From positions 100,070,001 through 100,134,000 of the forward strand of contig CM059432.1 in NCBI GenBank assembly GCA_030390025.1: a DNA stretch of 64,000 nt. The letters run 5' to 3'. Position numbers and translations under genes: made by a program. The notes below the pieces were generated by a model. It was not told the DNA's origin and did not search any database. It saw nothing but the letters and a program-made list of their open reading frames with translations. Numbering within the stretch: position 1 is the first letter of the stretch; the number at the start of each line of letters is the position of its first letter. Shown one piece after another: positions 23,134 to 36,769 of this stretch. Source of the stretch: Squalus acanthias. Lineage: Eukaryota.

Positions 23134-24411
23134 GGGTAGAGTTTCTGTTTTGGGTGCAATCGGGAAATTGCACCCATAAATCGCTTGAAATTGTGCTGGT
23201 TAGGTTACAGTTCAAGTTTCACTAAAATTAATTTGCATAATTACAAACGTAAGTGTTGGTGAAAAATGAATTCACTCGAGTCTGTCTCAAAGCAGAAGAT
23301 CACAGTTTATTTAACAGAAAGCCCTAGGAGAAGAGCCATAGACCCCGCGGTCTAGTGATCCACTTCTCGTCGTTACAGTGGTATCGGAACTTCTTTTATA
23401 CATTATAGGGTCGGTGCACAATTCATTACATACAAATGTCTTCACCCAATCACATTCCCCCAGCAACAAGCTCCTGAATTATAATCTGCACTTTAAGCTA
23501 AATGTTCTTGTTACTTCCCTTCCGAAACTATAAACATAGAGTGTTGCGGCTCATCTGTCCGGCCGGACTGGCTGGTCATGCGGTGATTGGTTCTCGAGTG
23601 TAACCGTTGTGCTATTATTGTCTTAGTGGGCCTCAAGTTGCCTTGCACGTACGCATGTTGACCACAGACATTACTCATCACACTGTGTCAGCGAAACCAT
23701 TCTGTATTTATGAATTTACCTTTTACAGCACATTCTTTAACTTTTACGTTGCTGCTTTAAGCCCTATCATTTTTACCCTAACGGTAAGATCTTCCATGAA
23801 CCAGCGTAATTGGGCAATGTACTAGAACGTAATTGTTTCTTTCTTTTCTTTCCATTAAACAGTATTTCTTGATGTATTTAGAGTGGTAACATGGTGCAGC
23901 TTTATTAAATCAGCTGAAATTGGGTTTATCAGCAAAAAGAAGCATTCTTAATAAAGGTGTCCCAACCTCCACCTCACTGTGAGTAACCTGATTTAAAATC
24001 ATTGAAAATAGTTCTAAAAAGAAATACTGAACCATTTAGTAGTTTCACGGGTGTACACTAGTCAGTTTCTTAGTAAATTAAATATTTTTTGACATGAAAA
24101 ATCTATTAAAACATGCCTACTAGTGCCTGTGCAACTAAAAGAATGAGCACAATTTGAAGAACCTTCTCGAACTAGCATAATTGATGGAATCTTGCAATTT
24201 TGACCTGGGGACGTGACCAGTTTTGTGGGTGTGACCTGATCCAGGAGAATTGAATCTTGAACCAGCGTAAAAGATTGCAGAAAACACGAACTTAAGTGGT
24301 TTTGGGTGTATCTCACTTATGTTTAAAATTCCCCGATCTTTTGTGCAGGTTCGGACGATTGTGCTGGAATCTGGGTGCAAAACTAATGGAAACAAGTGGA
24401 AAGTCTAGCCC
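23134..24411. mobile_element. Harbinger-type MITE containing a solo LTR
   Basis: Imperfect TIRs GGGTAGAGTTTC and (rc) GGGCTAGACTTTC. Confidence 0.55.
23254..23783 (-). mobile_element. Solo LTR (530 bp)
   Basis: 5-bp TSD GTAAG (23249-23253, 23784-23788). Inverted ends TGTTGGTGAAAAATGA and TCATTTTTACCCTAACG (CA changed to CG). Minus-strand TATA and AATAAA. Confidence 0.8.
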
Positions 24412-26489
24412 CTGAAATCATTCAGTCCTCAGCATGCAGTTACAGGCCCCCCATCACTGATGGTGCTATAGTGCCTCCGCATTCCTATCCCTCAGCTCAA
24501 GGCTCGAGCTTTGCTCACAGACCTTGGGGTATCTCTATATCTGAACTTATGGTGCCTTCCCTCTTGTCTCTGCCTTGAGCTCCCTTCTCCTTCTACCACT
24601 CACACTACCTTTAGTTCCTCTTTCCCTCAAAGCAAACACTTTCCTTCCCCACCTCTTATGGCCTCCCATTATCCAGCCAGCTTCTTTTTGCTGCCTCTTG
24701 TGGTTTGACCTGCTTCTCTTCATTGATCTCAAGGCACCCGTCGCTTGACAGACATCTAATTCACAATCTTGCCACTTCTCACAGACTCCAACTGCTTAGC
24801 CCACTTATTTTTGACCTCCAGCCACCCATTTCAAATCAACACTACAGTAGCTGCAGAATTAAAATGAACTCTGATATGATTCCATCAAATGACGGTACAC
24901 AAATCGACAGTATCAAACTATATGCTTGGTTCATATTGTTGCCCAGGTAGGTTCATATACATTTTTGCCAATTCCAGAAAATTCTATTTGGCCTAAATTT
25001 TAAAGTTGCATTGAACAAGAATGGTCACGTTTTTGTGCTATAAATCAATCTTCAGGTTACGTTGATTGTTTACCATAAGCAGCACCACAGGAGATTTGCT
25101 AGTTTGATATGAAAGTTTTATACCAGTACAATTCTGCCGATTGCGTGGGACACCATGTGGGTTGAATCTGTGGCAGGTCAGGTGTGATACCCTTAACAGT
25201 AAAAACTCTTATCACAGTGCTGCCTCCAGAGATAACATATATTACAGGTATTATAATAGATTTACTCATAGCAGCAAGCCTAACAATAACGTTCATGTTG
25301 AAATGTATGACCCACACAGCAAATTTAATATATCGTTGCTTCCCGAGTCTCCCACTTGGGAGGTGGCAGTGGGCCGAAGGAAGCGGCAGTAAATCTTCAA
25401 ATGAAGGTGTGGGCCGTATTCCTGCTGCAGCACTGCTAGAGTTTATCTCGTTGACACTGGTGGACTCCCACTTGATGATAGGAATCCTGCTGGGTGTCCA
25501 CATTCATCACTAATAAGCCCAGGCCCAGGAAAATGGTTTGCAGATACAGAGGTACTGCCATACCAAAACTCCACCCCATCTCTCTGTCCTTCTCTCTCTC
25601 CCTCTTGCCCACTGTCTCTTTCACACACTTCTCTCACTCTGTGACCCCAGTCTTTCTTTTTCTTATAGGTGTAAGCAACAATTAGTATTTACCTTTATAA
25701 GATCAAAATATAAGTGAAATAATCAGTTGGCATTCAAAATTCAACTGGTGTTTTCTTTTTCAAAATTGAATGAACATTAACATGAATTCTCTATCTCTCC
25801 CCCAACTTCTCTCTCTTACCTTAATACACTTTCCTAAGTTGATAGAACTTAAAAATTTACAGGTGCATAAACAGAAGTCCTTTATCTCCCTTTTTTTCTC
25901 ACACACAAGCAACCCTTTTTTTAAAAAGAAAGCACAATATGAATTTTGTCTCAAAGGTTTTTGAAATGTTTCTCTTATTTTTCAAAATGATTTGAAAATA
26001 GCTACTGAGTAGAAAGTGTTAGAAGCATCAGAAAAATATTCCATTAATAAAGCTGATTGAATGGTACGGAATGATATGTTGGGAAATTCGGCACACTGCA
26101 GATGCTCAACAATGTACAATTCAAATTCTGTTCATTGAGTCACAGCTCTGGGTAAAAATATCAAGTCCAAGTCTAGGCTTTTTGGGAAATACTGAGACCT
26201 TCAAGTAAAAACCTCCATGAAGGCATTACAAGACACAAAACAGTGTTTAAATTTAATCATGATATTGTGAAATATGTAATTAAAAAATATATATTTTGTT
26301 TAAACCCTTATTTCACTCATTAGAAATTTCAGTCACTGAGAAAAAATTGCTGGAAGAAAAAACATTTCAGAAAGCATTTTTGTAATTTGTGTGAACCCAG
26401 AGGCCAGATTGCACAATCACAGGGTCATAGATTCTCACTATAAAATTACAACTATTGTGTGTCACAGACTGTAACACCTTTAATATTGA

Positions 26490-27098
26490 TGTGGAGATGC
26501 CGGTGTTGGACTGGGGTGGACAAATGTGAGAAGTCACACAACACCAGGTTATAGTCCAACAGCTTTATTTGAAATCACAAGCTTTCGGAGCGCTGCTCCT
26601 TCGTCAGGTGAAGTGAAGAGATGCATATAGGCACAGCATATATAGTCAGAGAACACTGCCAGATGATTACAGTTAATCTTTCTAACTGCCCTTTATCACG
26701 CCTCGGCAGAGAGATAATCACGGCAATCACAGGTGTGGATGGTGTCCAAACAGGTCAGTCAGGAAAACATTACATCAAAGACAATGAGGTGGGGTCACAA
26801 GGGGTCGAATGTGGCAGATGCTGGGGTCTGTATGGAAAACAAAAAACTTTTTTTGCTGGAAATCACAGCAGGTCCGGCCGCATCTGTGTAGAGAGAACAA
26901 GCCAACGACGACTCGAGTCTGGATGACTCTACATCAGGTGGGGTTACATGTAGCGTGACATGAACCCAAGATCCCGGTTGAGGCCGTCCTCATGGGTGCG
27001 GATCTTGGCTATCAGTTTCTGCTCGACGATTTTGCGCTCTGAAAGCTTGTGATTTCAAATAAAGCTGTTGGACTATAACCTGGTGTTGTGCGACTTCT
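26490..27098 (-). mobile_element. Penelope-like element 3' end (family B) with an inverted partial terminal copy
   Basis: ORF end RKIVEQKLIAKIRTHEDGLNRDLGFMSRYM*. Inverted repeat at about 26529-26588 and 27041-27098. TSD CACCTTTAATATTGA at 26475-26489 and 27099-27113. Confidence 0.85.
26575..26611 (-). ncRNA. Minimal type I hammerhead ribozyme motif (family B)
   Basis: UCAC-CUGACGA-A-GGAGC-AGC-GCUCC-GAAA-G-CU-U-GUGA, with palindrome AAGCUU. Confidence 0.75.
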
Positions 27099-28959
27099 CA
27101 CCTTTAATATTGAATAGGCTTTTCACAGCACCGCCTACAGGAGTACTAGTAATGGCAAGTATTTATGATGAGTTTTAAGAAACACATGGCCTATTATACC
27201 AAATTTAATATACAATAGATTAGCCATTTATGTTTCTCGTTATAAAAAAAAACACACAGCATGTATTGCATGGAAAGAAAGGGGTTCTAATGATCCAATG
27301 TATCAAATTTCCTATGCTTATAAATTAATACTTTGAATTAATAATTTGGCTTCTTAGTATAACATTATGTACATCCAACAAAAGAGAATAAATGGCTCCC
27401 CTATAGTGCAGCATGTTTTTTATACGTTTCAGTGTCGGTTCGTACAAATGTATGTCATAAATTATGAGATTTAAGGTTCAGCACAACAGAACAAGGCATG
27501 CTGTGTTGGTGATAGAACAGCTGATGGTTATTTGTCTAGCATCTAGATATATACAGAAGTTGCATCCATCTCATTCTCACAAGATGTATGTCTCCTCTTG
27601 TACATATGCGATTATAGCTTCCTTATGATGCACATACAGTGTATCATAAGGAGGCATTTTATGCTGTGCGTTCCATATAAATCAATACGAGAAATCAGAA
27701 TTTGGTTTACATCTTGTGTAAGTTTTAACACACAAGGCTAAATCACAAAAATGTGTCAGAGAATAACAAAGGAGAAAGCAATGCTAGTAAATTAGCATGG
27801 ATCATGTTGTATTACTCTCTTTCAGATAAATGTTATCAAACTCATTGGCCGGAATTTTGTTTACCTGGGCGGGTTGAGTGCAGGCGGTCGCCATGGCAGG
27901 TCGCGACCCTGTTGTTGATTCCATCCCGCTCCTGAAATCGACTTTGCGTTAACAGGGGCCTATTAAACCCGCCCTATTAAATGATGCGGGTCTGATGACG
28001 TCATCGATGACGCGTTTTCAGCCAGGATATTTAAGGGAGCCATGGCCACATTGCATTTGAAGATTCATCTAGGAGTGTGCTGCACTGCACCATTGGAGTG
28101 TTGCAAACATTTCCAGAGATGACTGCACTGAGACAGAGGGCTGCACCCAGGTTATCCGATTACTCCCTCTATATGCTTGTGGAGGAAGTCAGAGCATCCA
28201 GGGAGGTCCTCTTCCCTTGTAATGGGCAGAAGAAACCTCCCCAGGAGACCGAAAGAGCCTGGCTCCAAATAGCTGAGGAGGTAAACAGCAGGGATGTTGT
28301 GAGGAGGATCTGGGTGCAGTGCCGGAAGCATTTCAATTATCTCATTATATCAGGAAAGGTGAGTACAAAGCCACACTCAACTTCATCCTGCTGTGCCTCT
28401 CATCACATCCCCATCACTCTGCCTTTCCAAGCCTACTCCTGCACATCATTACTCACACCAACATACCTTGCACGTCCACCCATCCCTCTCTCTCTATCTA
28501 CATACTCACATCCCCATTTGATTAGCCACCCCTCACACTCACCCTCATCCTAATGAAATCATACCAACTAACAAGCTTGAGCTTGAGCACAGAGCTTGGA
28601 GACAGAGCTGGGAAATCGCAAATGCAGTGAAACGCAAGCATACTGGAGGAATTTTGTGACCGCAGGAATTCGGGGAGAGGAGGAAGGCGGTGGAGACGTC
28701 TGACTGAAAAGGAGGAGTGGAGCCACAGAACCCAAGCTCACTAAGTTAATAGACACGAGAGAGGACCTGTGGGAGAGCAAGAGGAGCAGCTGCAGATAAA
28801 GGTAGGCCCACGAGCCCGGAGGGAGCACGAGTGTCAGGGAGCGAGGTAAGTGACATCAGCACAAGGGAAGGAGCTGATTGGTGAGTAGTTAGTGATTGTT
28901 TTTTTTAAAGTCTCAAGTTTATTTCTGTTAAGTTACTTAATAGTCTATTAAGTAGAAGC

Positions 28960-29884
28960 ATGGCAGGGCACCTCGGTCCCATGGAATGCACATCTTGTGC
29001 CATGTGGAGACTCCAGGACCCTTCCCGTGTCCTGGACAATCACATGTGCAGGAAGTGTCATCAGCTAGTGGAGCTCAAGTTCCGGATTTCGGAGCTTGAG
29101 GAGCAGCTGGTGTCACTGTGGTGCATCCGTGAGGCTGAGAGCTAAGTGGATAGCACATTTCAGGAGGTGGTCACCCCACAGCGTAAGAGTGTGCAGGCAG
29201 AGAATGAATGGGTGACCGTCAGACAGACAATGAGGACCAGGTAGGTAGTACAGAAGTCCCCTGAGTGCATCTCGCTCTGGTGAGGGCGATGGTTCCTCTG
29301 AGGAGTACAGCCAGAGCCAAGTCCATGGCACCATGGGTGGCTCAGCTGTATGGCGGGGGTGGGGGGTTGGGGAGGAGGAAGATCGGGAAAGCAATAGTGA
29401 TAGGAGAGTTGATAGTTAGGGGAACAGACAGGCGTTTCTGCGGTGGCAGATGTGATTCCAGGATGGTATGTTGCCTCCCTGGTCCAGGGTCAAGGATGTC
29501 ACTGAGCGGCTGCAGAAAATTCTGAGGGGGGAGGGTGAACAGCCAGAGGTCGTGGTCAACGACATGGGTAGAAAGAGGGATGAGGTCCTGCAGGCAGATT
29601 TTAGAGAGCTAGGAAAGAGATTAAAAAGCAGGACCTCAAAGGTAGTAATCTCCGCATTACTCCCAGTGCCACGAGCTGGTGAGTATAGAAATAGGAGGAT
29701 AGCGCAGTTGAAAGCATGGCTGGAGAGATGGTGCAGGAGGGAGGGCTTTAGATTCCTGGGACATTGGGACTGGTTCTGGGGGAGGTCGGACCTGTACAGG
29801 CTGGACGGATTTCACCTCAACAGAGCCAGAATCAATATCCTCGCGGGGAGGTTTGCTAGTGCTGTTGGGGAGGATTTAAACTAA
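28960..29884 (+). pseudogene. CR1 ORF1: N-terminal Cys motif, coiled coil and SGNH/GDSL esterase-like domain
   Basis: CTSC...CRKC, IVIGEL, CCLPG, W.RSDLYRLDGFHLN, with stops and frameshifts. Confidence 0.8.
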
Positions 29885-30218
29885 TTTGGCAGGGGGCTGG
29901 GCACCAGGATGTAGCATTAGAAAGGAGAAACAAGGTGCACAAAGGATTGGGAGAGACAGATAGTACTAGAGTAAGAAATAGTGAGGCATTAGATAGGTTA
30001 AGACTAAGAGAGAATACAAGAAGGTCTAAGATAGGTTTACAGTGCACGTGTGTGAATGCACGAAGTGTGGTAAATAAGGTTGGTGAGCTGCAGGTGCAAA
30101 TACACACATGGGAATATGATACAATAGCAAAATACTGCGGATGCTGGAAATCTGAATTAACAACAGAAAATGCTGGAAACACTCAGCAGGTCAGGCAGCA
30201 TCGTGGAGAGAGAAACAG

Positions 30219-30255
30219 AGTTAACGTTTTGGCTCGATGACCCTTCGTCAGAACT
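30219..30255 (-). ncRNA. Family A hammerhead motif, probably inactive
   Basis: AGUU-CUGACGA...AAAACGUU-AACU. GAAA is mutated to AAAA and stem II is weakened. Confidence 0.5.
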
Positions 30256-31806
30256 GGAAAAGGTTAGAGAAGTAACAGGTTTTTATCAAGTGCTGGGACA
30301 GGGACAGGGAGGTGGGGAGGAAAGAACAAAAGGGAAGGTCTGTGATAGGATGGAAGGCAGGAGAGATTAAAAGACAAAAGGGATAATGGTGCAAGGCAAA
30401 AGGAGATGGTAATGGGACAAGTTAAGAAACAAAAGATGAGTCTAGATGAAGTGTAAATGGTGATGGCAGAATCATCAACAGCTGCCATGTGAGAAAAAAA
30501 AGGAAGAGAAAAAAAATATAGCGGCCGAGGTTATAGTCTGAAATTGTTGAACTCAATGTTGAGTCCAGAAGGCTGTAAAGTGCCTAATCGAAAGATGAGG
30601 TGCTGTTCCTCGAGCTTATGTTACACTTCGTTGGAACAGTGTAAGAGGTCGAGGACGGAGAGGTCAGAGTGGGAGTGGAGCGGAGAATTAAAGTGACAGG
30701 CGACCGGAAGCTCGGGGTCACCCTTACGGACTGGACAGAAGGGCTCCGCAAAGCAGTCACCCAATCTGCATTTGGTCTCCCCACTGTAGAGGAGACCGCA
30801 TCATGAGCAGCGGATACAATATACTAAATTGTGAGAAGTACAAGTAAATCGCTGTTTCACCTGGAAGGGGTGTTTGGGGCCTTGGACAGTGGGAAGGGAG
30901 GAGGTAAAAGGGAAGGTGTTGCATCTCCTGCGCTTGCACAGGAAGGTGCCGTGGGAAGGGGAAGGGGTGTTGGGGGTGATAGAGGAGTGACCAAGGTGTC
31001 GCGGAGGGAGCAGTCCCTTCGGAATGCTGTAAAGGGGGGGGGGGAAAGATGTGTTTGGTGGTGGGATCACGCTGGAGGTGGCCGAAATGGCGGAGGATGA
31101 TCCATTGAATGTGGAGGCTGGTGGGGTGAAAGGTGAGGACAAGGGGAACCCTATCATGGTTCTGGGAGGGAGGGGAAGGGGTGAGAGCAGAAGTGCGGGA
31201 AATGGACCAGACACGGTCGAGCGCCATGTCAATAACGGTAGAGGGGAATCCTCGGTTAAGGAAAAAGGAAGACATATCGGAAGCACTAGTATGGAAGGTG
31301 GCATTGTCAGAACAGATGCGGCAGAGACAGAGAAAATGAGAAAATGGAATAGAGTCCTTACAGGAAGCGGGTTGGGAGGAATTGTAGTCCAGGTAGCTGT
31401 GGGAGTCAGTGGGCTTATAGTGAATGTTTGTCAATAGCCTATCCCCAGAAATGGAGACAGAGAAGTCGAGGAAGGGAAGGGAAGAGTCGGAGATGGACCA
31501 TGTGAAGGTGAGGGAAGAGTGGAAATTGGAAGCAAAGTGAATGAAGTTTTCTAGTTCAGGGCGAGAGCAGGAAACAGCACCGATACAGTCATCAATGTAC
31601 CGGAAAAAGAGGTGAGGGAGGGGACCTGAGTAGGACTGGAACAAAGAATGTTCCACATAGTGCATGAAAAGGCAGGCATAGCTAGGGCCCATGAGGGTTC
31701 CCATAGCAACACCTTTAATTTGGAGGAAGTGAGTGGAGTCAAAGGAGAAGTTGTTCAATGTGAGAACAAGTTCAGCCAGGTGGAGGAGGGTGGTGGTGGA
31801 CGGGGA

Positions 31807-31898
31807 CATAAGAACATAAGAAATAGGAGTAGGAGGAGGCCATTTGGCCCTTCGAGCTTGCTCCGCCATTCAGTAAGATCATGGCTGATCCTCTGACT
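31807..31898 (-). mobile_element. Short CR1/HE1-type 3'-end fragment inside the Penelope
   Basis: CATAAGAA x2 tail plus terminal stem-loop. The Penelope sequence is continuous on both sides. Confidence 0.8.
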
Positions 31899-34800
31899 GA
31901 CTGGTTGGGCCTCTGTTGAAGGAAGTGTGGATCGCCCTCAGACCGTCATGGTGGGGGATGGTGGTGTAGAGGGATTGGACGTCCATAGTGAAGAGGAGAC
32001 GGTTGGGGCCAGGAAACTGGAAACTGTTAAAGTGGCGGAGGGCATCGGAAGAGTCATGAATGTAGGTAGGAAGGGACTGGACAAGGGGAGAAAAAATAGA
32101 GTTGAGATAGGAAGAAATCAGTTCCGTGGGGCAAGAACAGGCTGAAACGATGGGTCTACCTGTTTGTAGATCTTAAATGTTAACTCTGCTTCTCTCTTCA
32201 CGATGCTACCTGACCTGCTGAGTGTTTCCGGCATTTTCTGTTGTTATTTCACATGGGAATATGATGTTGTGGCGATAACGGAGACCTGGCTCATAAAAGG
32301 GTAGGATTGGGTAATAAATATTCCTGGATATAAGGTGTTCAGGAAAGATAGGGAAGGAAAGAAAGGAGGTGGGGTGGCAGTATTGGTTAAGGGGAATATT
32401 ACAGTGCTGGAGAGAAAGGATATCCTGGAGGGGTCAAGGACAGAATCTATTTGGTTAGAGTTGAGAAACAATAGAGGTGTTATTACACTACTAGGTGTAT
32501 TCTATAGGCCAGCAACTAGTGGGAAGAATATAGAGGAGCAAATTTGCAGGGAAATTACAGAGAGGTGCAAGAACTATAGAGTAGTGATAATGGGGGACTT
32601 CAACTATCCTTATATAGACTGGGATAGTAATAGTGTAAAGGGCAGAGAGGGGGAAGAATTTCTGAAGTGTGTTCAGGCGAACTTTCTTGATCAGTACGTT
32701 TCCGGCCCAACGAGGAAGGAGGCATTGCTGGATCTGGTTCTGGGGAATGAGGTGGGTCAAGTAGAGCAAGTGTCAGTAGGGGAACATTTAATGAACAGTG
32801 ATCACAGTATCATAAGGTTTTGACCCGCTATGGAAAAGGACAGGGAGCAATCTAGAGTAAAAATACTTAATTGGAGGAAAGCGAATTTCAGTGGGTTGTG
32901 AATGCATCTGGCCTGGGTAAATTGGAATCAAAGATTGGCAGGCAAAACTGTAATCGAACAATGGGCTGCCTTTAAAGAGCAGATGGTTTGGGTACAGTCA
33001 AGGTACATTCCCATGAGGGGGAAAGGTAGGGCAACCAAAGCCAGAGCTCCCTGGATGACGAAAGAGATAGAGAGTAAGATGAAGCAGAAAAAGGGGGTGT
33101 ATGACAGATGTCAGGTTGAGAATATAAGTGAGAACCAGGCTGAATATAGAAAGTTCAAAGGGGAAGTGAAAAAGAAAGTAAGAGGGGCAAAGAGAACTTA
33201 TGAGAATAGATTGGCAGCTAACATAAAAGGAAATCCAAAAGTCTTCTGTAGGCATATAAATAGTAAATGGGTAGTAAGAGTAGGGGTGGGGCCAATTAGG
33301 GACCAAAATGGAGACCTACACATGGAGGCAGAGGGTATGGCTGAGGTACTAAATGAATACTTTGCATCTGTCTTTACCAAGGAAGAAGATGCTGCCAAAG
33401 TCAAAGTGAAAGAGGAGGAAAGGCTGTCTGTACTTAAAGTAGATAAGTCACCAGGACCGGATGGGATGCATCCTAGGATGCTGAGGGAAGTAAAAGTGAA
33501 AATTGCTGAGGTACTGACCATAATCTTCCAATCCTCCTTGGATATGGAGCTGGTGCCAGAGGACTGGAGAATTGCAAATGTTACACCCTTGTTCAAAAGA
33601 GGGTGTAAGGATAAACCCAGCAACTACAGGCCAGTCAGTTTAACCTCGGTAGTGGGGAAGCTTTTAGAAACGATAATCCGGGACAAAATTAACAGTCACG
33701 TGGACAAGTATGGATTAATTAAGGAAAGCCAGCACGGATTTGTTAAAGGAAAATTTTTTAACTAACTATCGTGTTTAACTAACTTGATTGTGTTTTTTGA
33801 TGAGGTTGATGAGGGCAATACGGTTGATGTGATGTACATGGACTTCCAAAAGGTGTTTGATAAAATGCCAGATAATAGGCTTGCAAGCAAAGTTGAAGCC
33901 CATGGAATAAAAGGAGCAGTGGCAGCATGGATACGAAATTGGCTAAGTGACAGGAAACAAAGAGTGGTGAACGGTTGTTTTTCAGACTGGAGGAAGGTAT
34001 ACAGTGGTGTTCCCCAGGGGTCGGTACTAGGACCACAGCTCTTCTTGATATATATTAATGACTTAGATTTGGGTGTACAGGGCACAATTTCAAAATTTGC
34101 AGATGACACAAAACTTGGAAGTATAGTGAACAGTGATGAGGATAGGGATAGACTTCAAGAGGACATAGACAGGCTGGTGGAATGGACAGACATGTGACAG
34201 ATGAAATTTAACACACAAAAGTGCGAAGTGATACATTTTGGTAGGAAGATCGAGGAGAGGCAATATAAACTAAAGGGTACAATTCTAAAGGGGGTGTTTG
34301 AACAGAGAGACCTGGGGGTATATGTGCATAAATCATTGAAGGTGGCAGGACAGGTTGAGAAAGTGGTAAAAAAAAGCATACAGGATCCTTGGCTTCATAA
34401 ATAGAGGCATAGAGTACAAAAGCAAGGAAGTTATGATGAACCTTTATAAAACACTGGTTCGGCCTCAACTGGAGTATTGTATCCAATTCTGGGCACCGCA
34501 CTTTAGGAAGGATGTGAATGCCTTAGAGAGGGTGTGGAAAATATTTACGAGAATGGTTCCAGGGTTGAGGGACTTCAGTTATGTGGATAGACTGGAGAAG
34601 CTGGGGTTGTTCTCCTTAGAGCAGAGAAGATTGAGAGGAGATTTGATAGAGGTGTTCAAAATCATGAGGGGTCTAGACAGTGTAGATAGAGAGAAACTGT
34701 TCCCATTGGCAGGGTCGAGAACCAGAGGACACAGATTTAAGGTGAGTGGCAGAAGAACCAGAGGCGACATGAGGAAAAACTTTTTTACGCAACGAGTGGT

Positions 34801-36769
34801 TAGGATCTAGAATTCACTGCCTGAAAGGGTGGTGGAGGCAGATTCAATTGTGGCTTTCAAAAGGGAATTGGATAAGTACCTGAAAGAAAAAAAATTGCAG
34901 GGCTACGAGGAAAGGGCGGGGTTGTGGGACTAGCTGAAGTGCTCTTGCAGAGAGCCGGCATGGGCTCGACGGGCCAAATGACCTCCTTAGTGCTGTAACC
35001 ACTCTATGATTCTATTCTATGATTCTAACACACAAGGAGGCCATTTGGCTTTGGCACCCCACTCCATCATAGTCTCCCTCTAAAGATCTAGCCCACCCAT
35101 TCCTTACACTCATTCCATCACTCTCACTCAACCTTCTCTTCTTTCCCTCCTTGCAGGAAAAGAGAGCCCACAATAAGAGGGAGAGGGAGAGAATCGGAGG
35201 TGGAACACCATTGTTAGCGACCCTAACAACAGCAGAGGAGGTTGCCTTAGAGGTTTCGGGAGTTGCTGAGCAGCTGGAGGTGGGAGACGGAGAGAGGGGG
35301 ACATCTCAGCAACCTGGTGACAGAATTACATATCATAGAACTACATGGCATACATCAGATGCTCATATGGGGACTGATGTCAGCAGCCAGTAAATGTTCA
35401 TCATGTGTATAATGGTATCTGTACGCATTCTTCATATGACATATCTAACTCATCTCTTTACTCTCCCACATATTCATCAAGAGCCCTCCAGAATGTCCAG
35501 GAAGAAAAGGAAGATGACTCCTCAGAGGAGCCTCCAGCCTCTGAGGGCGCACTGTCACCAGACATAAGCGCACACAGCATCCATGCAGATACGCACACCT
35601 CAGTGGGTCCCACGCGAGATAGCGTAGTGTTGTCACCTGGTGTCTCACAATTCACAAGTGAGTAAGAGCAGATAGTGGAGACAGGGAAAGCAGTGGAGGC
35701 TCCTTGCCAGAGGGCACAGGATGCTTCCAGCTCTGCTCAGCTGCACGTAGACGCTGAGCCTCGGGGGCCATCGAGAATGAGGGCGATCCTGGAGATGCAG
35801 CAAGAAGTGCAGGAGGCTCTGACAGGTTTTGCAAGCGCAATGTCTGCAAATGTCCAGAGAATGGAGGAGTCCATCTCCAACATGAGCACCACCGTGTTGC
35901 AGGCGATGGCGACTGTAGGCTCTTCCATGGAAAGGATGGCCACCTACATGGAGCAGCTAATGCGCCACTCACAGGAGCACATGGTCTCTATGATGAATAA
36001 ATGGCTATCTATGGAGGATAGATGGCTATCTATGGAGAATAGATGGCAGAGGCTCATAGAGCTCCTCTCTAGGAGGGATGTCATTGTGGACGTGGGTCCT
36101 CATGGCCCGACTGATGTGCAGCAAGGTGCTCTCCAGCTCCTTGCTAGCAGGAAAGTGCAGGTGGCGCATGAGAGGGATGATGATGAGAGGGCACATGGAA
36201 GTGGGGGCTCCTCTCAAAGCGCTCACACTTCTCCCCAGTTGCCATCCCCTCAGTCAGAGCCCTGGATGCCAAGTCTGCCCCTGCACAGTTGCAGGAAGAG
36301 CCGACTTTGGCAGGGCAATCAGAGGCCCCAAAACCCAGAGGACATCCGGCAAGAGTGTCTAAGCAGTCGCATCAGGGAAGTGAGCAGGCTGCCTCTACCT
36401 CTGCTGAAGCTATAGGGGTAGCACCTTGTAGAAGCACGCGTAAGAGAAAGATGACACACAAGTACATTCACAAGAGTAGCCACTTAGGTGTTTTATTCAA
36501 TGTTTCTGTTAAGTTTCCATTTGTGTGATGTCACACATAAAAATCTTTATTTTCACCACTTTCTCGTCTTGGACAAATTTGTGTGCACCTTTGGAAGTGG
36601 CTCAGTGAGTTGGAGTGAATGGTGAGACATAACGTTACCTCCAGCAATGGTGGCCAGTGTGAAATGAATATCTTGGTCATTGTAGGGATGCTTTATGGTG
36701 TTGCTGTGGGGTGGTGCCAACCTGGCGCGGCATGTGGCAGCCAAATGTGTGTACTACGTAAAGTTAAGT

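Larger units (their letters stand above)
30121..32249 (-). mobile_element. 5'-truncated Penelope-like element (family A; RT plus GIY-YIG) with an inverted terminal copy
   Basis: KGVAMG, RYIDD, FLD, YKPTD and CTSHNLVYCIRC. Inverted copy at 32171-32249. TSD CACATGGGAATATGAT at 30105-30120 and 32250-32265. Confidence 0.92.
28574..35024 (+). mobile_element. Near full-length CR1 LINE (5'UTR, ORF1, EN-RT ORF2) in Harbinger intron 1
   Basis: TSD CTAACA at 28568-28573 and 35025-35030. Endonuclease motifs NARS, GGGVA, MGDFN and LLDLVL, RT motifs, and an ATTCTATG tail. Confidence 0.93.
28119..36490 (+). pseudogene. Harbinger C Myb/SANT-like ORF (exons 28119-28358, 35157-35316 and from about 35472)
   Basis: Homologous to copy B. 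The exon 3 acceptor is mutated (CACAT), and there is an internal stop near 35663 and a frameshift. Confidence 0.8.

Noticed and set aside
25099..25503. 134-aa minus-strand ORF as a single-exon gene
   Set aside because: No ATG start, a non-coding-looking middle and no recognisable homology. Only its last part is kept as an exon candidate.
31051..32145. Plus-strand ORFs overlapping the Penelope
   Set aside because: These are antisense shadows of the minus-strand Penelope ORF. The same applies to the many short ORFs antisense to CR1s.
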